A stretch of DNA of 64,000 nucleotides from the NCBI GenBank assembly GCA_963840375.1, contig CAWIYR010000003.1, positions 327,856-391,855 of the forward strand, in the 5' to 3' direction. Below are positions 30,940-40,744 of this stretch, in pieces. The translations under genes and the position numbers were made by a program. Positions within the stretch are counted from its first letter, which is position 1; each line of letters begins with the position of its first letter. A model generated the notes under the pieces. The model saw only the letters and a list, made by a program, of their open reading frames with translations, searched no databases and had not been told where the DNA came from. This DNA comes from an uncultured Chloroflexia bacterium. GTDB lineage: Bacteria > Chloroflexota > Limnocylindria > Limnocylindrales > CSP1-4.

Positions 30940-32559
30940 CTACCGGCGCCAGTGCTTCCGGTCCGCCAGGATCTCGCGGGCCGCGTTCTGACCGGGCTGG
31001 CCGGTGATCCCGCCACCGGGATGCGCCCCCGAGCCGGCGAGATAGAGCCCTTCCACGGGCAGGCGGTAGCGAGCGTGCCCGAACAGCGGTCGCCACACGA
31101 AGAAGCTGTCGAGCGACGGCTCGGCATGGTAGGGATGTCCGCCGGACAGGCCGTAGTCGCGCTCGAGGTCGAGCGGGGTCAGCACCTGCCGGGCCGTGAC
31201 CAGGTCGCCCAGGCCGGGCGCATAGGCTTCCAGCGTTCGCACGGCCAGGTCGCCGAGCTCGTCGCGTCGCTCGTCCCACGTCCCCTCACGGAGCGCGTAC
31301 GGCGCCCACTGGACGTGGATGCTCATGACCTGCGTGCCCTCGGGGGCGCCCGTCACCAGGCTCGGGTCCACGAGCGACGGGATCGTCGCCTCGAGGTACG
31401 GCGACTCGCTGATCCGGCCGTACTTCGACGCGTCGAAGGCGCGCTCGACGTGGTCGATCCCGGGGGCGACGACGATCCGGCCACGGAGCCGCCCGGCGGC
31501 CTCGGCGCCGTCACCGGCAGCCGGGAACCGGGGCGTCCCGCGCAGGGCGAGGTTGACCTTGGCGACCGTCCCCGGCGTCCGGATGTTGCCCGCCCGCCAG
31601 CGCATCCCGGGTCCGACGACGACCGGGTCGAGGAGGGAGGTCAGGACCCGCTTCGGGTCGGCGCCGGCCACGACGATCCGCGAGCCGATCTCCTCGCCGC
31701 CGGCCAGGACCACGCCGGTCGCCCGTCCGTCCGCGGTGCTGATGGCGACGACTTCGGCGTCCGTCCGGATCTCCCCGCCGGCGGCCCGGACGGCCGCTGC
31801 GAGCGCCGCGGAGAGCGCGCCGGGTCCGCCCTTCGCATAGACCGTCTGGCCGGCCGCCCCGCCGTCGGTGCCGGCCGAATCGGCCAGGAAGACGTTCGTC
31901 GTGCCGGCGGACCACGGCCCCATCGCGGTGTGCTGAAAGCCCCGCGTCGCGATCGCCGCCCTGAGGGGGTCGGTCTCGAAGGCCTCGGCCACGAAGTCCG
32001 CGATCGCCATCGGCAGGACCCGCAGGATCGAGCGCGAGTCGCCCTTGCCCAGCCCGCGGAAGGCGCGCCCGAGCCGGAGCCCGGCGAGCGCGTCGCCGAC
32101 CCCGGGGGTCTTCACGTCCGGTGGCGTCTGGGCGGCGAGCTCCGCGATGAACCGCCCCAGCGAGCGGACGAGCCGGTCGAACCCGGCGTAGCCCTCGGCG
32201 TCGCGCTCCGACCAGGCCCGCAGCCCGTGGGCCGTCCGGGCCGGATCGACATAGAGGGTGACCGCCCGGCCGTCGGGTTGGGGCGCGAAGACCCGGACGT
32301 CCGGCGCCACGAGCGACAGCCCGTGCGCCCGGAGCCCCAGATCGCGGACGACCGACGGGCGGAGCCGGCCGACCGTGTGGAGGACCGCCGGGGCCTTCAC
32401 CCCCGGGGCGATCTCCATCGTGTCGGCGATCCCGCCGACCCGGTCGCGCCGGTCGAGGACGAGGACGCTGACGCCGGCCCTCGCCAGGTAGGCCGCGACG
32501 ACGAGGCCGTTGTGGCCGGCGCCGACGACGATCGCGTCGTAGGTGGTCTTCGGGGTCAT
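30940..32559 (-). CDS. Phytoene desaturase family FAD oxidoreductase (PYROXD2-like), paralog 2
   Basis: GAGHNGL..AYLA, TPLDLE, GSGAHPGGG. Confidence 0.88.
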   Translation of the reverse strand: MTPKTTYDAIVVGAGHNGLVVAAYLARAGVSVLVLDRRDRVGGIADTMEIAPGVKAPAVLHTVGRLRPSVVRDLGLRAHGLSLVAPDVRVFAPQPDGRAVTLYVDPARTAHGLRAWSERDAEGYAGFDRLVRSLGRFIAELAAQTPPDVKTPGVGDALAGLRLGRAFRGLGKGDSRSILRVLPMAIADFVAEAFETDPLRAAIATRGFQHTAMGPWSAGTTNVFLADSAGTDGGAAGQTVYAKGGPGALSAALAAAVRAAGGEIRTDAEVVAISTADGRATGVVLAGGEEIGSRIVVAGADPKRVLTSLLDPVVVGPGMRWRAGNIRTPGTVAKVNLALRGTPRFPAAGDGAEAAGRLRGRIVVAPGIDHVERAFDASKYGRISESPYLEATIPSLVDPSLVTGAPEGTQVMSIHVQWAPYALREGTWDERRDELGDLAVRTLEAYAPGLGDLVTARQVLTPLDLERDYGLSGGHPYHAEPSLDSFFVWRPLFGHARYRLPVEGLYLAGSGAHPGGGITGQPGQNAAREILADRKHWRR

Positions 32560-32561
32560 CG

Positions 32562-34157
32562 TCAGGCCGCCTTCCGCCCGAAGGCCTTGAGGACCTCCAT
32601 CGCCGCGATCCGGCCGTTGGCGCCCATGATCCCGCCGCCGGGATGGGTGGCCGACCCGCACAGCCACAGGTCGCGGACCGGGGTCCTGAACCGCGCGTAG
32701 CCGGGGACCGGGCGATTGAAGAAGAGCTGCTCCAGGCTGAGCTCGCCCTGGAAGATGTTGCCCTCGGTCAGCCCGAACCGGCGCTCGATATCGAGCGGGG
32801 TCAGGACCTGGCGGTGGAGGATGATGTCCCGGATGTTCGGGGCCACCTCGGCGATCCGGTCGATGACCGCATCGCCGAACGCCTCGCGGTTGTCGTCCCA
32901 GGTCCCGAGGCTCGGGTCCAGCCGGTACGGGGCGTACTGGACGAAGCAGCTGATGACGTGCTTGCCCGGGGGCGCCATCGTCGGGTCGACAAGGGTCGGG
33001 ATGATCATGTCCATGTACGGCCGGCGCGACCAGTGGCCGTACTTGGCGTCGTCGTAGGCGCGCTCCATGTCGTCGACGCTGGCGCTGAAGCTGATCGCCC
33101 CGCGGAGGTGGTCGCCCTCGCCGGGCAGGCAGGTGAACTCCGGCAGGCGATCGACCGCCAGGTTGACCTTGCCCGAGGAGCCCCGGAACTTGAACCGCCC
33201 GACCTCCTTCTCGAACTCGGGGTCGAGGGTGCCCGGCTCGATGAGGCCGAGGAAGGTGAGCCTCGAGTCGACCGAGCTGAGGACCGCCTTCGCCCGGATC
33301 TCCTCACCGGACTCGAGGGCCACGCCGACCGCCCGACCGTCCCTGACGATGATGTTCGCGACCGGGGCCTCCATCCGGATCTCCGCCCCGAGCGCCCGGG
33401 CGGAGCTGCCGATCGCGTTCGAGACGCCGCCGGTCCCGCCGCGGGGGATGCCCCAGGCGCGGAAGGCGCCGTCGATCTCGCCCATGTAGTGGTGGAGGAG
33501 GACGTAGGCGGTGCCCGGGCTCTGGACGCCCTGGTAGGTCCCGATGATCCCGGAGGCCGACATCGTGGCGATGAGCGGGTCGGTCTCGAACCACTGGCGG
33601 AGGAAGTCCGTCGCGCTCATCGTCATCAGCTGGACGAAGACCGCCTGCTGCTTCTCGGGCAGCTGCTGGAAGGCCCGGAGGAGCCCGGTCAGGGGACTGA
33701 AGTGGCGCGGGTCGAGCCCGCTCATGTCGGGTGGGACGAGACTCAGGATCGGCTTGATGAACTTGGCCATCTCGACCATGAGCTGGCCGTACTCCTCGTA
33801 GGCCTCGGCGTCGCTGAGGCTCCAGCGGCGGAGCTCACGGATCGTCCGGCCGTGGTCGTTGACCCGCCAGAGGTAGTCGTCCTGGAGCGGGGTGAACGTG
33901 CCGTCGAGGGGCAGGATGTCGAGACCGTGCTTGGGCAGCTCCAGCTCCCGGATGATCTCCGGGCGGAGCAGGCTGACGACGTAGCTGGCGACCGAGAACC
34001 GGAAGCCCGGGAAGATCTCCTCGGTGACCGCCGCCCCGCCGAGGACGTCGCGCTTCTCGAGGACCACGGTCTTCAGCCCGGCCCGGGCGAGGTAGGCCGC
34101 GCTGACAAGGCCGTTGTGGCCGCCGCCGATGATGACCGCGTCGTACGTCTCGGCCAC
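32562..34157 (-). CDS. Phytoene desaturase family FAD oxidoreductase (PYROXD2-like), paralog 1
   Basis: GGGHNGL, GGAAVTEEIFPGFRFS..SY, GLTEGNIFQG, GSATHPGGG. Confidence 0.9.
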   Translation of the reverse strand: MAETYDAVIIGGGHNGLVSAAYLARAGLKTVVLEKRDVLGGAAVTEEIFPGFRFSVASYVVSLLRPEIIRELELPKHGLDILPLDGTFTPLQDDYLWRVNDHGRTIRELRRWSLSDAEAYEEYGQLMVEMAKFIKPILSLVPPDMSGLDPRHFSPLTGLLRAFQQLPEKQQAVFVQLMTMSATDFLRQWFETDPLIATMSASGIIGTYQGVQSPGTAYVLLHHYMGEIDGAFRAWGIPRGGTGGVSNAIGSSARALGAEIRMEAPVANIIVRDGRAVGVALESGEEIRAKAVLSSVDSRLTFLGLIEPGTLDPEFEKEVGRFKFRGSSGKVNLAVDRLPEFTCLPGEGDHLRGAISFSASVDDMERAYDDAKYGHWSRRPYMDMIIPTLVDPTMAPPGKHVISCFVQYAPYRLDPSLGTWDDNREAFGDAVIDRIAEVAPNIRDIILHRQVLTPLDIERRFGLTEGNIFQGELSLEQLFFNRPVPGYARFRTPVRDLWLCGSATHPGGGIMGANGRIAAMEVLKAFGRKAA

Positions 34158-34474
34158 GGGGTCCTCCGTCGGGTCCTGCGTCGGGTCAGGGCGTCAGCCG
34201 GCGGCGCGGGACGGTCGCCCTCATGCAGGCTGCATAGGTTTCATGCACAACTCTACCCGAGGGCCCGGGTTCGCCGCTGGCCGTTCGGGCCCCGGGATGG
34301 GGCGGGGACCCGGTCGGCGGGCACGCGGGCTACCGGTGAGCGGATGCCCGGGCCGCGGAGGGTCGCGGCCCGTGCGGCGAGCTTCATCCAACCTGCATAC
34401 AATTCCTGCATACTGGCCGTGACGCGGCGCCGGCCGCGCACACGGGACGCGCCGTCCCAGTGGAGGAGCAGACC

Positions 34475-35671
34475 TTGAGCGTCGGGACCGCGTTCCACCC
34501 CCGGACCGAAGCGCACAACCGGAAGATGCAGTGGCGCGAGTGGTCGGGCTACTTCGCGGCCAGCGTGTACGCCGACTTCCACGACATCGAGTACAACGCG
34601 ATCCGCGAGCAGGCCGCCCTCATCGACGTGAGCCCGCTCTACAAGTACGAGGTCCACGGCCGGGACGCCCAGCGGCTGGTCGACCGGGTCATCACCCGGG
34701 ATGCGACGAAGCTCAAGGTCGGCGGCGTCTTCTACACCCCGTGGTGCGACGAGGACGGCAAGGTCGTCGACGACGGGACCGTCCACCGTCTGGCCGACGA
34801 CCGTTACCGCTGGACGGCGGCCGACCCGCAGTACCGCTGGCTCACGATGAACGCGAGCGGACTCGAGGTCCAGGTCGAGGACGTCAGCGAGTCGCTCGCG
34901 GCGATCGCCCTCCAGGGGCCATGGAGCCGGGCGGTCCTCGAGGCCGCGACCGGCGAGTCGTTCGACGACCTGCGCTACTTCCGGCGACGCGAGGCGAGCC
35001 TGGCCGGGGCGGCGATCGACGTGAGCCGGACGGGCTACACCGGGGACCTCGGCTACGAGCTCTGGATCCCAGCCGAACACGCGGTCGATGTCTTCGACGC
35101 GCTGCTCGCGGCCGGCAAGCCGTACGGCATCCGGCCGGCTGGGATGATCGCCCTCGACGTCGTCCGCCTCGAGGCCGGGCTCATCCTCCTCGAGGTCGAC
35201 TACACGAGCGCCCGTCACGCGATGAACTCGGACCAGGCCTACTCGCCGTTCGAGATCGGGCTGGGCCGACTGGTCGACCTCACGAAGGCCGACTTCGTCG
35301 GCAAGCGCGCCCTCGCCGCCGAGCAGGTCGCCGGTGGGCCGCCCCGCCGGCTCGTGGGGCTCGAGCTCTTCTGGGACGACATCGTCGCCCTGTATGACGC
35401 CCGGGGCCTCCCGCCGACCGCGCCGGCGGTCGTCTCGCGTTCGCACGTGCCGCTCTTCGACGCGGCCGGTGCGAAGCAGATCGGGCGGGTCACGAGCCTG
35501 GGCTGGAGCCCGATCCTCAAGAAGCCGATCGCCCTGGCCTCGGTCCCGCCGACCCACGAGCTGGTCGGCTCGAAGGTGACGGTGGAGTGGACCGTCGAGG
35601 CCCGGCGTGGCCGGGTCGGCGCGACGGTCGTCGAGCTGCCCTTCCTCGACCTGCCGCGCAAGCGCGGGTAG
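34475..35671 (+). CDS. GcvT-family aminomethyltransferase/demethylase
   Basis: IDVSPL, DDGTV, ALQGP, SRTGYTGDLGYE, RLEAG; GGAGGAG SD before TTG. Confidence 0.9.
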   Translation: MSVGTAFHPRTEAHNRKMQWREWSGYFAASVYADFHDIEYNAIREQAALIDVSPLYKYEVHGRDAQRLVDRVITRDATKLKVGGVFYTPWCDEDGKVVDDGTVHRLADDRYRWTAADPQYRWLTMNASGLEVQVEDVSESLAAIALQGPWSRAVLEAATGESFDDLRYFRRREASLAGAAIDVSRTGYTGDLGYELWIPAEHAVDVFDALLAAGKPYGIRPAGMIALDVVRLEAGLILLEVDYTSARHAMNSDQAYSPFEIGLGRLVDLTKADFVGKRALAAEQVAGGPPRRLVGLELFWDDIVALYDARGLPPTAPAVVSRSHVPLFDAAGAKQIGRVTSLGWSPILKKPIALASVPPTHELVGSKVTVEWTVEARRGRVGATVVELPFLDLPRKRG

Positions 35672-35725
35672 CGCGCCCCGGGTCCGCGCCGGGGGCTCGG
35701 GGGATCCGGGGCGTATCCTCGCAAC

Positions 35726-37091
35726 GTGAGTCGCCTCGTGGGCATGCCGAGATCCCGGATGCTGGCGATCGCTGCCGTCGCCGCCCTGCTCGTCGGAGTG
35801 GTTCCCGGTGCCGACCCCGGACGGGCGGTCGCGCGGGCCGCCGGGACGGCCGGAGCGATCGTGCCGGGTTCGGTCGATCGGACGAGCCTCCACCTCGAGG
35901 CGACCTACGACGTGCGCCTCAGGCTGTCGTACGGCGCTCGCTCGATCTCGGCGGTCTCGCAGATGGACGATCCGCAACGTGTCGGGTGGGCCGATCGACC
36001 GGATCGAGCTGAACACCGTCGCCGCCCGCCTTGGAGGGCTCCGGATCGGGGAGCTCACCGTGGACGGGCGGACCGCCAGGCCGACCATCAGGGACCAGAC
36101 CATCGTCGTCCCCCTCGGTGGCACTCTGCCCGACGGCGCGACGACGACCGTCCGGGTCGCCTTCTCGGCGACCGCCCGACGAACGACCGCCGGGTCGGAT
36201 TGGCTGTTCACCCGGGCGAACGGCGTCATCCAGCTCTATCGCTGGCTCCCGTGGATCAGCCGGGCCACGCCGTTCGGTCGGCCGAACCAGGGCGACCCGT
36301 TCGTCACCCCGTCCAGTCCGTCCGTCCGGGTCCGGATCACCACCGATCGCGCGATGCGCCTTGCGACGAGCGGCCGCCGGATCTCGACGAGCGGCCTGAC
36401 GTCGACCTGGCTGGCGCACGACGTCCGGGACTTCAACATCGCCGCCAGCCCGTCCTGGACCGCCCGGACCGCGAAGCTCGGATCCATCGTGGTCCGGGTC
36501 TATGCGTTCCGGTCCGGCAACGGTCCGCGCCTGATGACGCTCGCCCTCCGGGCCCTGCGTCGATACCAGGCCCTGATGGGGCCCTACCCGTACCCGACCT
36601 TCGTCGTCGCGGAGAGTGGCGGTGGCTACGGCGTCGAGTCGCCCGGGCTCATCTGGATCCCGCGCGGCCTCGCCGCCGGTCGACTCCCCTGGCTGGTCAG
36701 CCACGAGGTGGCGCACCAGTGGTTCTACGCCCTCGTCGGCAACGATCAGGCCCGGGAGCCGTTCGCGGATGAGGCGATGGCCGACTTCCTCGCCCGCTCC
36801 ATCACCGGGACCCAGCGGAGCAGCCGGTGCGCGACCGACACCCTCGACCGCTCGATCTACCGCTACTCGGCACGCTGCTACTTCGAGGTGGTCTACGTGC
36901 AGGGCGGCCGTCTCCTCGACGGTCTCCGCCGGCGGATGGGCTCGACGGCCTTCTGGGCCGGGATCCGCGACTACCTGGCCGCGGATCGGTTCGGGATCGG
37001 CGGCACGAAGCTCCTGCTCGAGACGCTCGATGCCCACAGCCCGCTCGACCTGCTCGGACCCCTCCGCTCGAGGTTCCCGAGGATCCTGTAG
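35726..37091 (+). CDS. Secreted M1-like zinc metallopeptidase with +1 frameshift near 35965
   Basis: Signal peptide in one frame; GYGVESP, HEVAHQWF..DEAMA in another; span 3n+1. Confidence 0.8.
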
Positions 37092-37179
37092 CGGCGCGGC
37101 GGATCAGCCGATCCGGGCCGTCATCCGCCCGAGTCTCCGGGTATCCTCGCCGGGCCGACCACGTGGATGGAGCCGTCAG

Positions 37180-38553
37180 ATGACCGACTACGCCGCCCTC
37201 GACCGATACATCGATGACCGGATGCCGGACTGGACCGCCGAGTTGGCGGAGTTCTGCCGGTTCCGATCCGAGCAGGGCGACCGGGAGGGACTCCGCGACG
37301 CGGCCGACTGGATCGCGGCACGACTGCGCCGCCTCGGCGCCACCGTCGACGTGGTGGAGCTGCCCGGTCAGCCCGACGTTCCGCCGCTCGTCGTGGGGGA
37401 GATCGGCGAGGGGCCCCGCACGCTGAACGCGGTCCAGCACTACGACGTCCAGCCGGCCGTCCCCCTCGAGCTCTGGACGACGCCGCCGTACGAGCCGGCG
37501 GTCCGCGAGGGCCGGCTCTACGCCCGTGGCGCGACCGACAACAAGGGCGAGCTCATGCCCCGGATCTGGGCGGTGGAGGCGTACCTCGCGACGGTCGGGC
37601 CGCTCCCCTGCCGGATCCGATTCCTGGTCGAGGGCGAGGAGGAGTACGGCAGCGAGCACCTCGATGCGCTCCTCGACCAGCGGCCGGGGATCCGCGAGGT
37701 CGATGGCGCCCTGATCGAGGGCGGCGGGGTGGACCAGGCCGGACGGCCGGAGATCACCGGCGGCGTCCGCGGGATGGCGGTCGTGGAGCTGATCTGCCGG
37801 ACGATCGCCTACGACGCCCACTCGAGCGCGGCGACGGTCCTGCCGAGCGCGCCGGTCCGGCTGGCCCAGGCCCTCGCGAGCCTGTACGACCGCGACGGCT
37901 TCCCGGCCCTCCCGGGGATCGAGGCCGGGATCGTCCCGCCGACGGCCGCCCAGCTCGAGGTCGTCGATTCGGCGCCGCTGGACGTGGTCGAGGAGACCCG
38001 CCGCGAGTACGGGGTCGAGCGACTCCTCGGCGGCCTCGACGGGGTCGCCGCGCTCCGGGCGATGACCTTCGCCCCGACCCTGAACATCCAGGGCCTCTGG
38101 TCGGGCTTCATCGGGCCGGGCGACAAGACGATCACGCCGGCCGAGGCCCACGCCCGGCTGGACATCCGGATCGTCCCGGACCAGGAGCCCGAGGGGATCG
38201 TGGCGGCGCTCCGGGCGCACCTGGCCGCCCAGGGGTTCACCGACATCGAGGTCGTCGGCGAGCAGGGCGAGCGGGCCTACTGGACCCGGTCCGACGACCC
38301 GATCCTCGACGCGGCGGCGGTCGTCTCCGAGGCGATCTTCGGCCAGCCGGCGACCCGCTACGTCTCGATGCCCGGAACGGCCCCGATGTGGCAGGTCTGC
38401 GGCCGCCACGGGGTGCCTGCGACCACCCTCGGCGGCGGGACATGGGACTGCCACGCCCACGCCCCCGACGAGAACGTCCGGCTCGACTATGCCGCCCACG
38501 CGGCCCGGATCACCGCCCGCTTCCTCGACGCCTTCGCCGCCATCGAGGCCTGA
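37180..38553 (+). CDS. M20/M25/M40 family metallohydrolase
   Basis: HYDVQP, RGATDNKG, EGEEEYGS, HAPDEN. Confidence 0.9.
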   Translation: MTDYAALDRYIDDRMPDWTAELAEFCRFRSEQGDREGLRDAADWIAARLRRLGATVDVVELPGQPDVPPLVVGEIGEGPRTLNAVQHYDVQPAVPLELWTTPPYEPAVREGRLYARGATDNKGELMPRIWAVEAYLATVGPLPCRIRFLVEGEEEYGSEHLDALLDQRPGIREVDGALIEGGGVDQAGRPEITGGVRGMAVVELICRTIAYDAHSSAATVLPSAPVRLAQALASLYDRDGFPALPGIEAGIVPPTAAQLEVVDSAPLDVVEETRREYGVERLLGGLDGVAALRAMTFAPTLNIQGLWSGFIGPGDKTITPAEAHARLDIRIVPDQEPEGIVAALRAHLAAQGFTDIEVVGEQGERAYWTRSDDPILDAAAVVSEAIFGQPATRYVSMPGTAPMWQVCGRHGVPATTLGGGTWDCHAHAPDENVRLDYAAHAARITARFLDAFAAIEA

Positions 38554-38570
38554 GCCGGCGAGGTCGGTCG

Positions 38571-39710
38571 CTAGGCGCCGGCCCCGGGCGGCTGCATCCG
38601 GTCCAGGTACGCCTCGAGCCGGGCGACCGCCTCGGGCAGGTCGGTCCGTCCCAGCCCGATCCGGACGTGGTCGCCGGGGAACCCGAACCGGCTCCCGGGC
38701 AGGAGGAGGACCCCCTCCGCCTCGACCAGCCCGGCTGCGAAGTCGTCGGCGCTCAGTCCGGGGATGGTGAGCCGCGGGAACGCCACCGACCCGGCCCGGG
38801 GGCGGACCCAGCGGAACGTGTCGGGACGCTCGGCGACGAGGCGGTCGAGGATCGGCAGGTTCGCCTGGACGATCCCGCGCGAGCGGCGGAGCACCGTCGC
38901 ACGAGCCCGCAGGGCCACGATCGCGAGGATCTCGGCCGGGGCCGATGCGCAGATCGTGGTGTAGTCCTTGAAGGCGGCCGCCCGGGCGAGGAGATCCCGG
39001 TCGCGGGTGGCCAGCCAGCCGATCCGCAGCCCGGCCATCGCGAACGACTTCGACATCACCCCGAGGCTGATCCCCAGCTCGAGGGCGTCGGCCCCGGCCG
39101 GCAGCCGGTCCGCCTCGTCGAACTCGAGGAAGCGGTAGACCTCGTCGGCGAAGAGGTGGACCCCGGACTCGGCGCAGAGGTCCACGAGCGCTCCCCACTC
39201 CGCCCGGGTCGGCAGCATCCCGGTCGGGTTGTGCGGCGCATTCACCACGACGAGGCGGGTCGTCGGGCGCAGGCTCGCCGCGAGCCGGGGCACGTCGAGG
39301 GCCCAGCCGTCGGCCTCGCGCAGGTCGTGAAGGGTGACGTCGGCGCCGGCCGACCGGGCCACCTCGTACAGGCTCTGGTAGCCCGGCCAGGTCACCACCG
39401 CGTGGTCGCCCGGTCCGAGGGCCACGTTGGCCAGGCAGAAGATGGCCTCCTCGGCGCCGGCGAAGACGAGGACGTCGTCCGGGGCGATCCGCTCGTAGAG
39501 CCCGGCGATCTCCGCCTTCAGGAGGGGATGGCCGGTCGACTCCGTGTATCCAAGGTGAAGTCCGTCCCAGAGCGCCCGCGTCTCGTCGTCGGCGAGGGCG
39601 AGGAGGTCGGCCATCGGGTAGCCCTCGACATCCGACGCGGCGAGGACATGGCGGACGGCGAACTCCCACCGGGCGAAGTAGCGCTCGAGCTCGAAGTCGG
39701 GGATCCGCAT
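38571..39710 (-). CDS. PLP-dependent aminotransferase class I/II
   Basis: PHNPTG, DEVY, SKSFAMAGLRIGW. Confidence 0.9.
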   Translation of the reverse strand: MRIPDFELERYFARWEFAVRHVLAASDVEGYPMADLLALADDETRALWDGLHLGYTESTGHPLLKAEIAGLYERIAPDDVLVFAGAEEAIFCLANVALGPGDHAVVTWPGYQSLYEVARSAGADVTLHDLREADGWALDVPRLAASLRPTTRLVVVNAPHNPTGMLPTRAEWGALVDLCAESGVHLFADEVYRFLEFDEADRLPAGADALELGISLGVMSKSFAMAGLRIGWLATRDRDLLARAAAFKDYTTICASAPAEILAIVALRARATVLRRSRGIVQANLPILDRLVAERPDTFRWVRPRAGSVAFPRLTIPGLSADDFAAGLVEAEGVLLLPGSRFGFPGDHVRIGLGRTDLPEAVARLEAYLDRMQPPGAGA

Positions 39711-39772
39711 CGGCCCATCATGCCGTCTCGGGTGGCGGTCCGCGCCGCGGCCGCGCGCCGTATCCTCGGCGG

Positions 39773-40705
39773 ATGAAGGACACGATCGTCATCGTCGGCT
39801 CGCCGACCGCGCTGGGCGGCCACTTCGGCGGGATGGAGCGGACACCGGCCGAGCTGCGACGCCTCGGGATCGTCGACCGCCTGGTGACGCGACCCGGTCT
39901 GGCCCAGACCCGGATCCGCGACGCGGGCGACGTCGCGAACGAGCCGGGCTGGGCCCCGGACGACGACCCAAGGGCGAAGAACCGGGCGCGGATCGTCGAG
40001 TACCTGCCCCGACTCGCGGATCACGTCGAGCGCGCCCTGCGCGATGGGGACGACGCGGCCGGCGAGGCGACCGCCGACAGGGTCCTCCTGCTCGGCGGCG
40101 ACTGCACGAGCCAGGCGGGAGCGCTGGCCGGCCTGCGGCGCGCCCGGCCCGCTGCGCGGCTCGCGCTCGCCTGGTTCGACGCCCACGGCGACTTCAACAC
40201 GCCGGACACCACGCCCTCGGGGAACGTCTGGGGGATGCCCTTCGCGATGGCCCTCGGGCGAGGCGACCCGGACCTCGTGGCAGCCTGCGACGGCCCGACG
40301 GTCCGGGAGGACGAGGCGGCGCTCCTGGGCGGACAGGTCCTCGACGAGGCCGAGTCACGGATGCTCGCCGCGTCGCGGGTGGCCCATTTCGGGGCCGGGA
40401 TGCTCGGCACGCCGGCCGGTCTCGCCGCGCTCGGCGCCTGGGCGACGACGGTCGCCGCCGGGGTGGACGCGTTCTACGTGGCGTTCGACCTCGACGCCCT
40501 CGACGCCTCCGGCGGGTGGGCCCTGGCGATGCCCGAGCCCGGCGGAATGAGCCTCGAGACCGCCGTCGCGGCGATCGGGGCCATCCGGGGAGCCGGTCCG
40601 ATCGCGGGGTTCGGGGCGACCGCGGTCCTGTTCGGGCGGGGCGGCGATGCCGAGCGGACCGTCGACGCCGTCGTCACCCTGGTCGACGCGGCGCTCGGCG
40701 ACTGA
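39773..40705 (+). CDS. Arginase/ureohydrolase family protein
   Basis: GGDCT, DAHGDFNTP, SGN..GMP, DLDALD. Confidence 0.88.
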   Translation: MKDTIVIVGSPTALGGHFGGMERTPAELRRLGIVDRLVTRPGLAQTRIRDAGDVANEPGWAPDDDPRAKNRARIVEYLPRLADHVERALRDGDDAAGEATADRVLLLGGDCTSQAGALAGLRRARPAARLALAWFDAHGDFNTPDTTPSGNVWGMPFAMALGRGDPDLVAACDGPTVREDEAALLGGQVLDEAESRMLAASRVAHFGAGMLGTPAGLAALGAWATTVAAGVDAFYVAFDLDALDASGGWALAMPEPGGMSLETAVAAIGAIRGAGPIAGFGATAVLFGRGGDAERTVDAVVTLVDAALGD

Positions 40706-40744
40706 CCCGGCACCGACTCCCCCGCGGGCGGCACAGGACGATGC

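Noticed and set aside
30940-34157. Carotenoid biosynthesis cluster
   Set aside because: No phytoene synthase, GGPP synthase or cyclase nearby; the context points to amine metabolism
34475-35671. Glycine cleavage T protein (gcvT)
   Set aside because: No gcvH/gcvP or glycine riboswitch nearby; treated as a GcvT-family paralog
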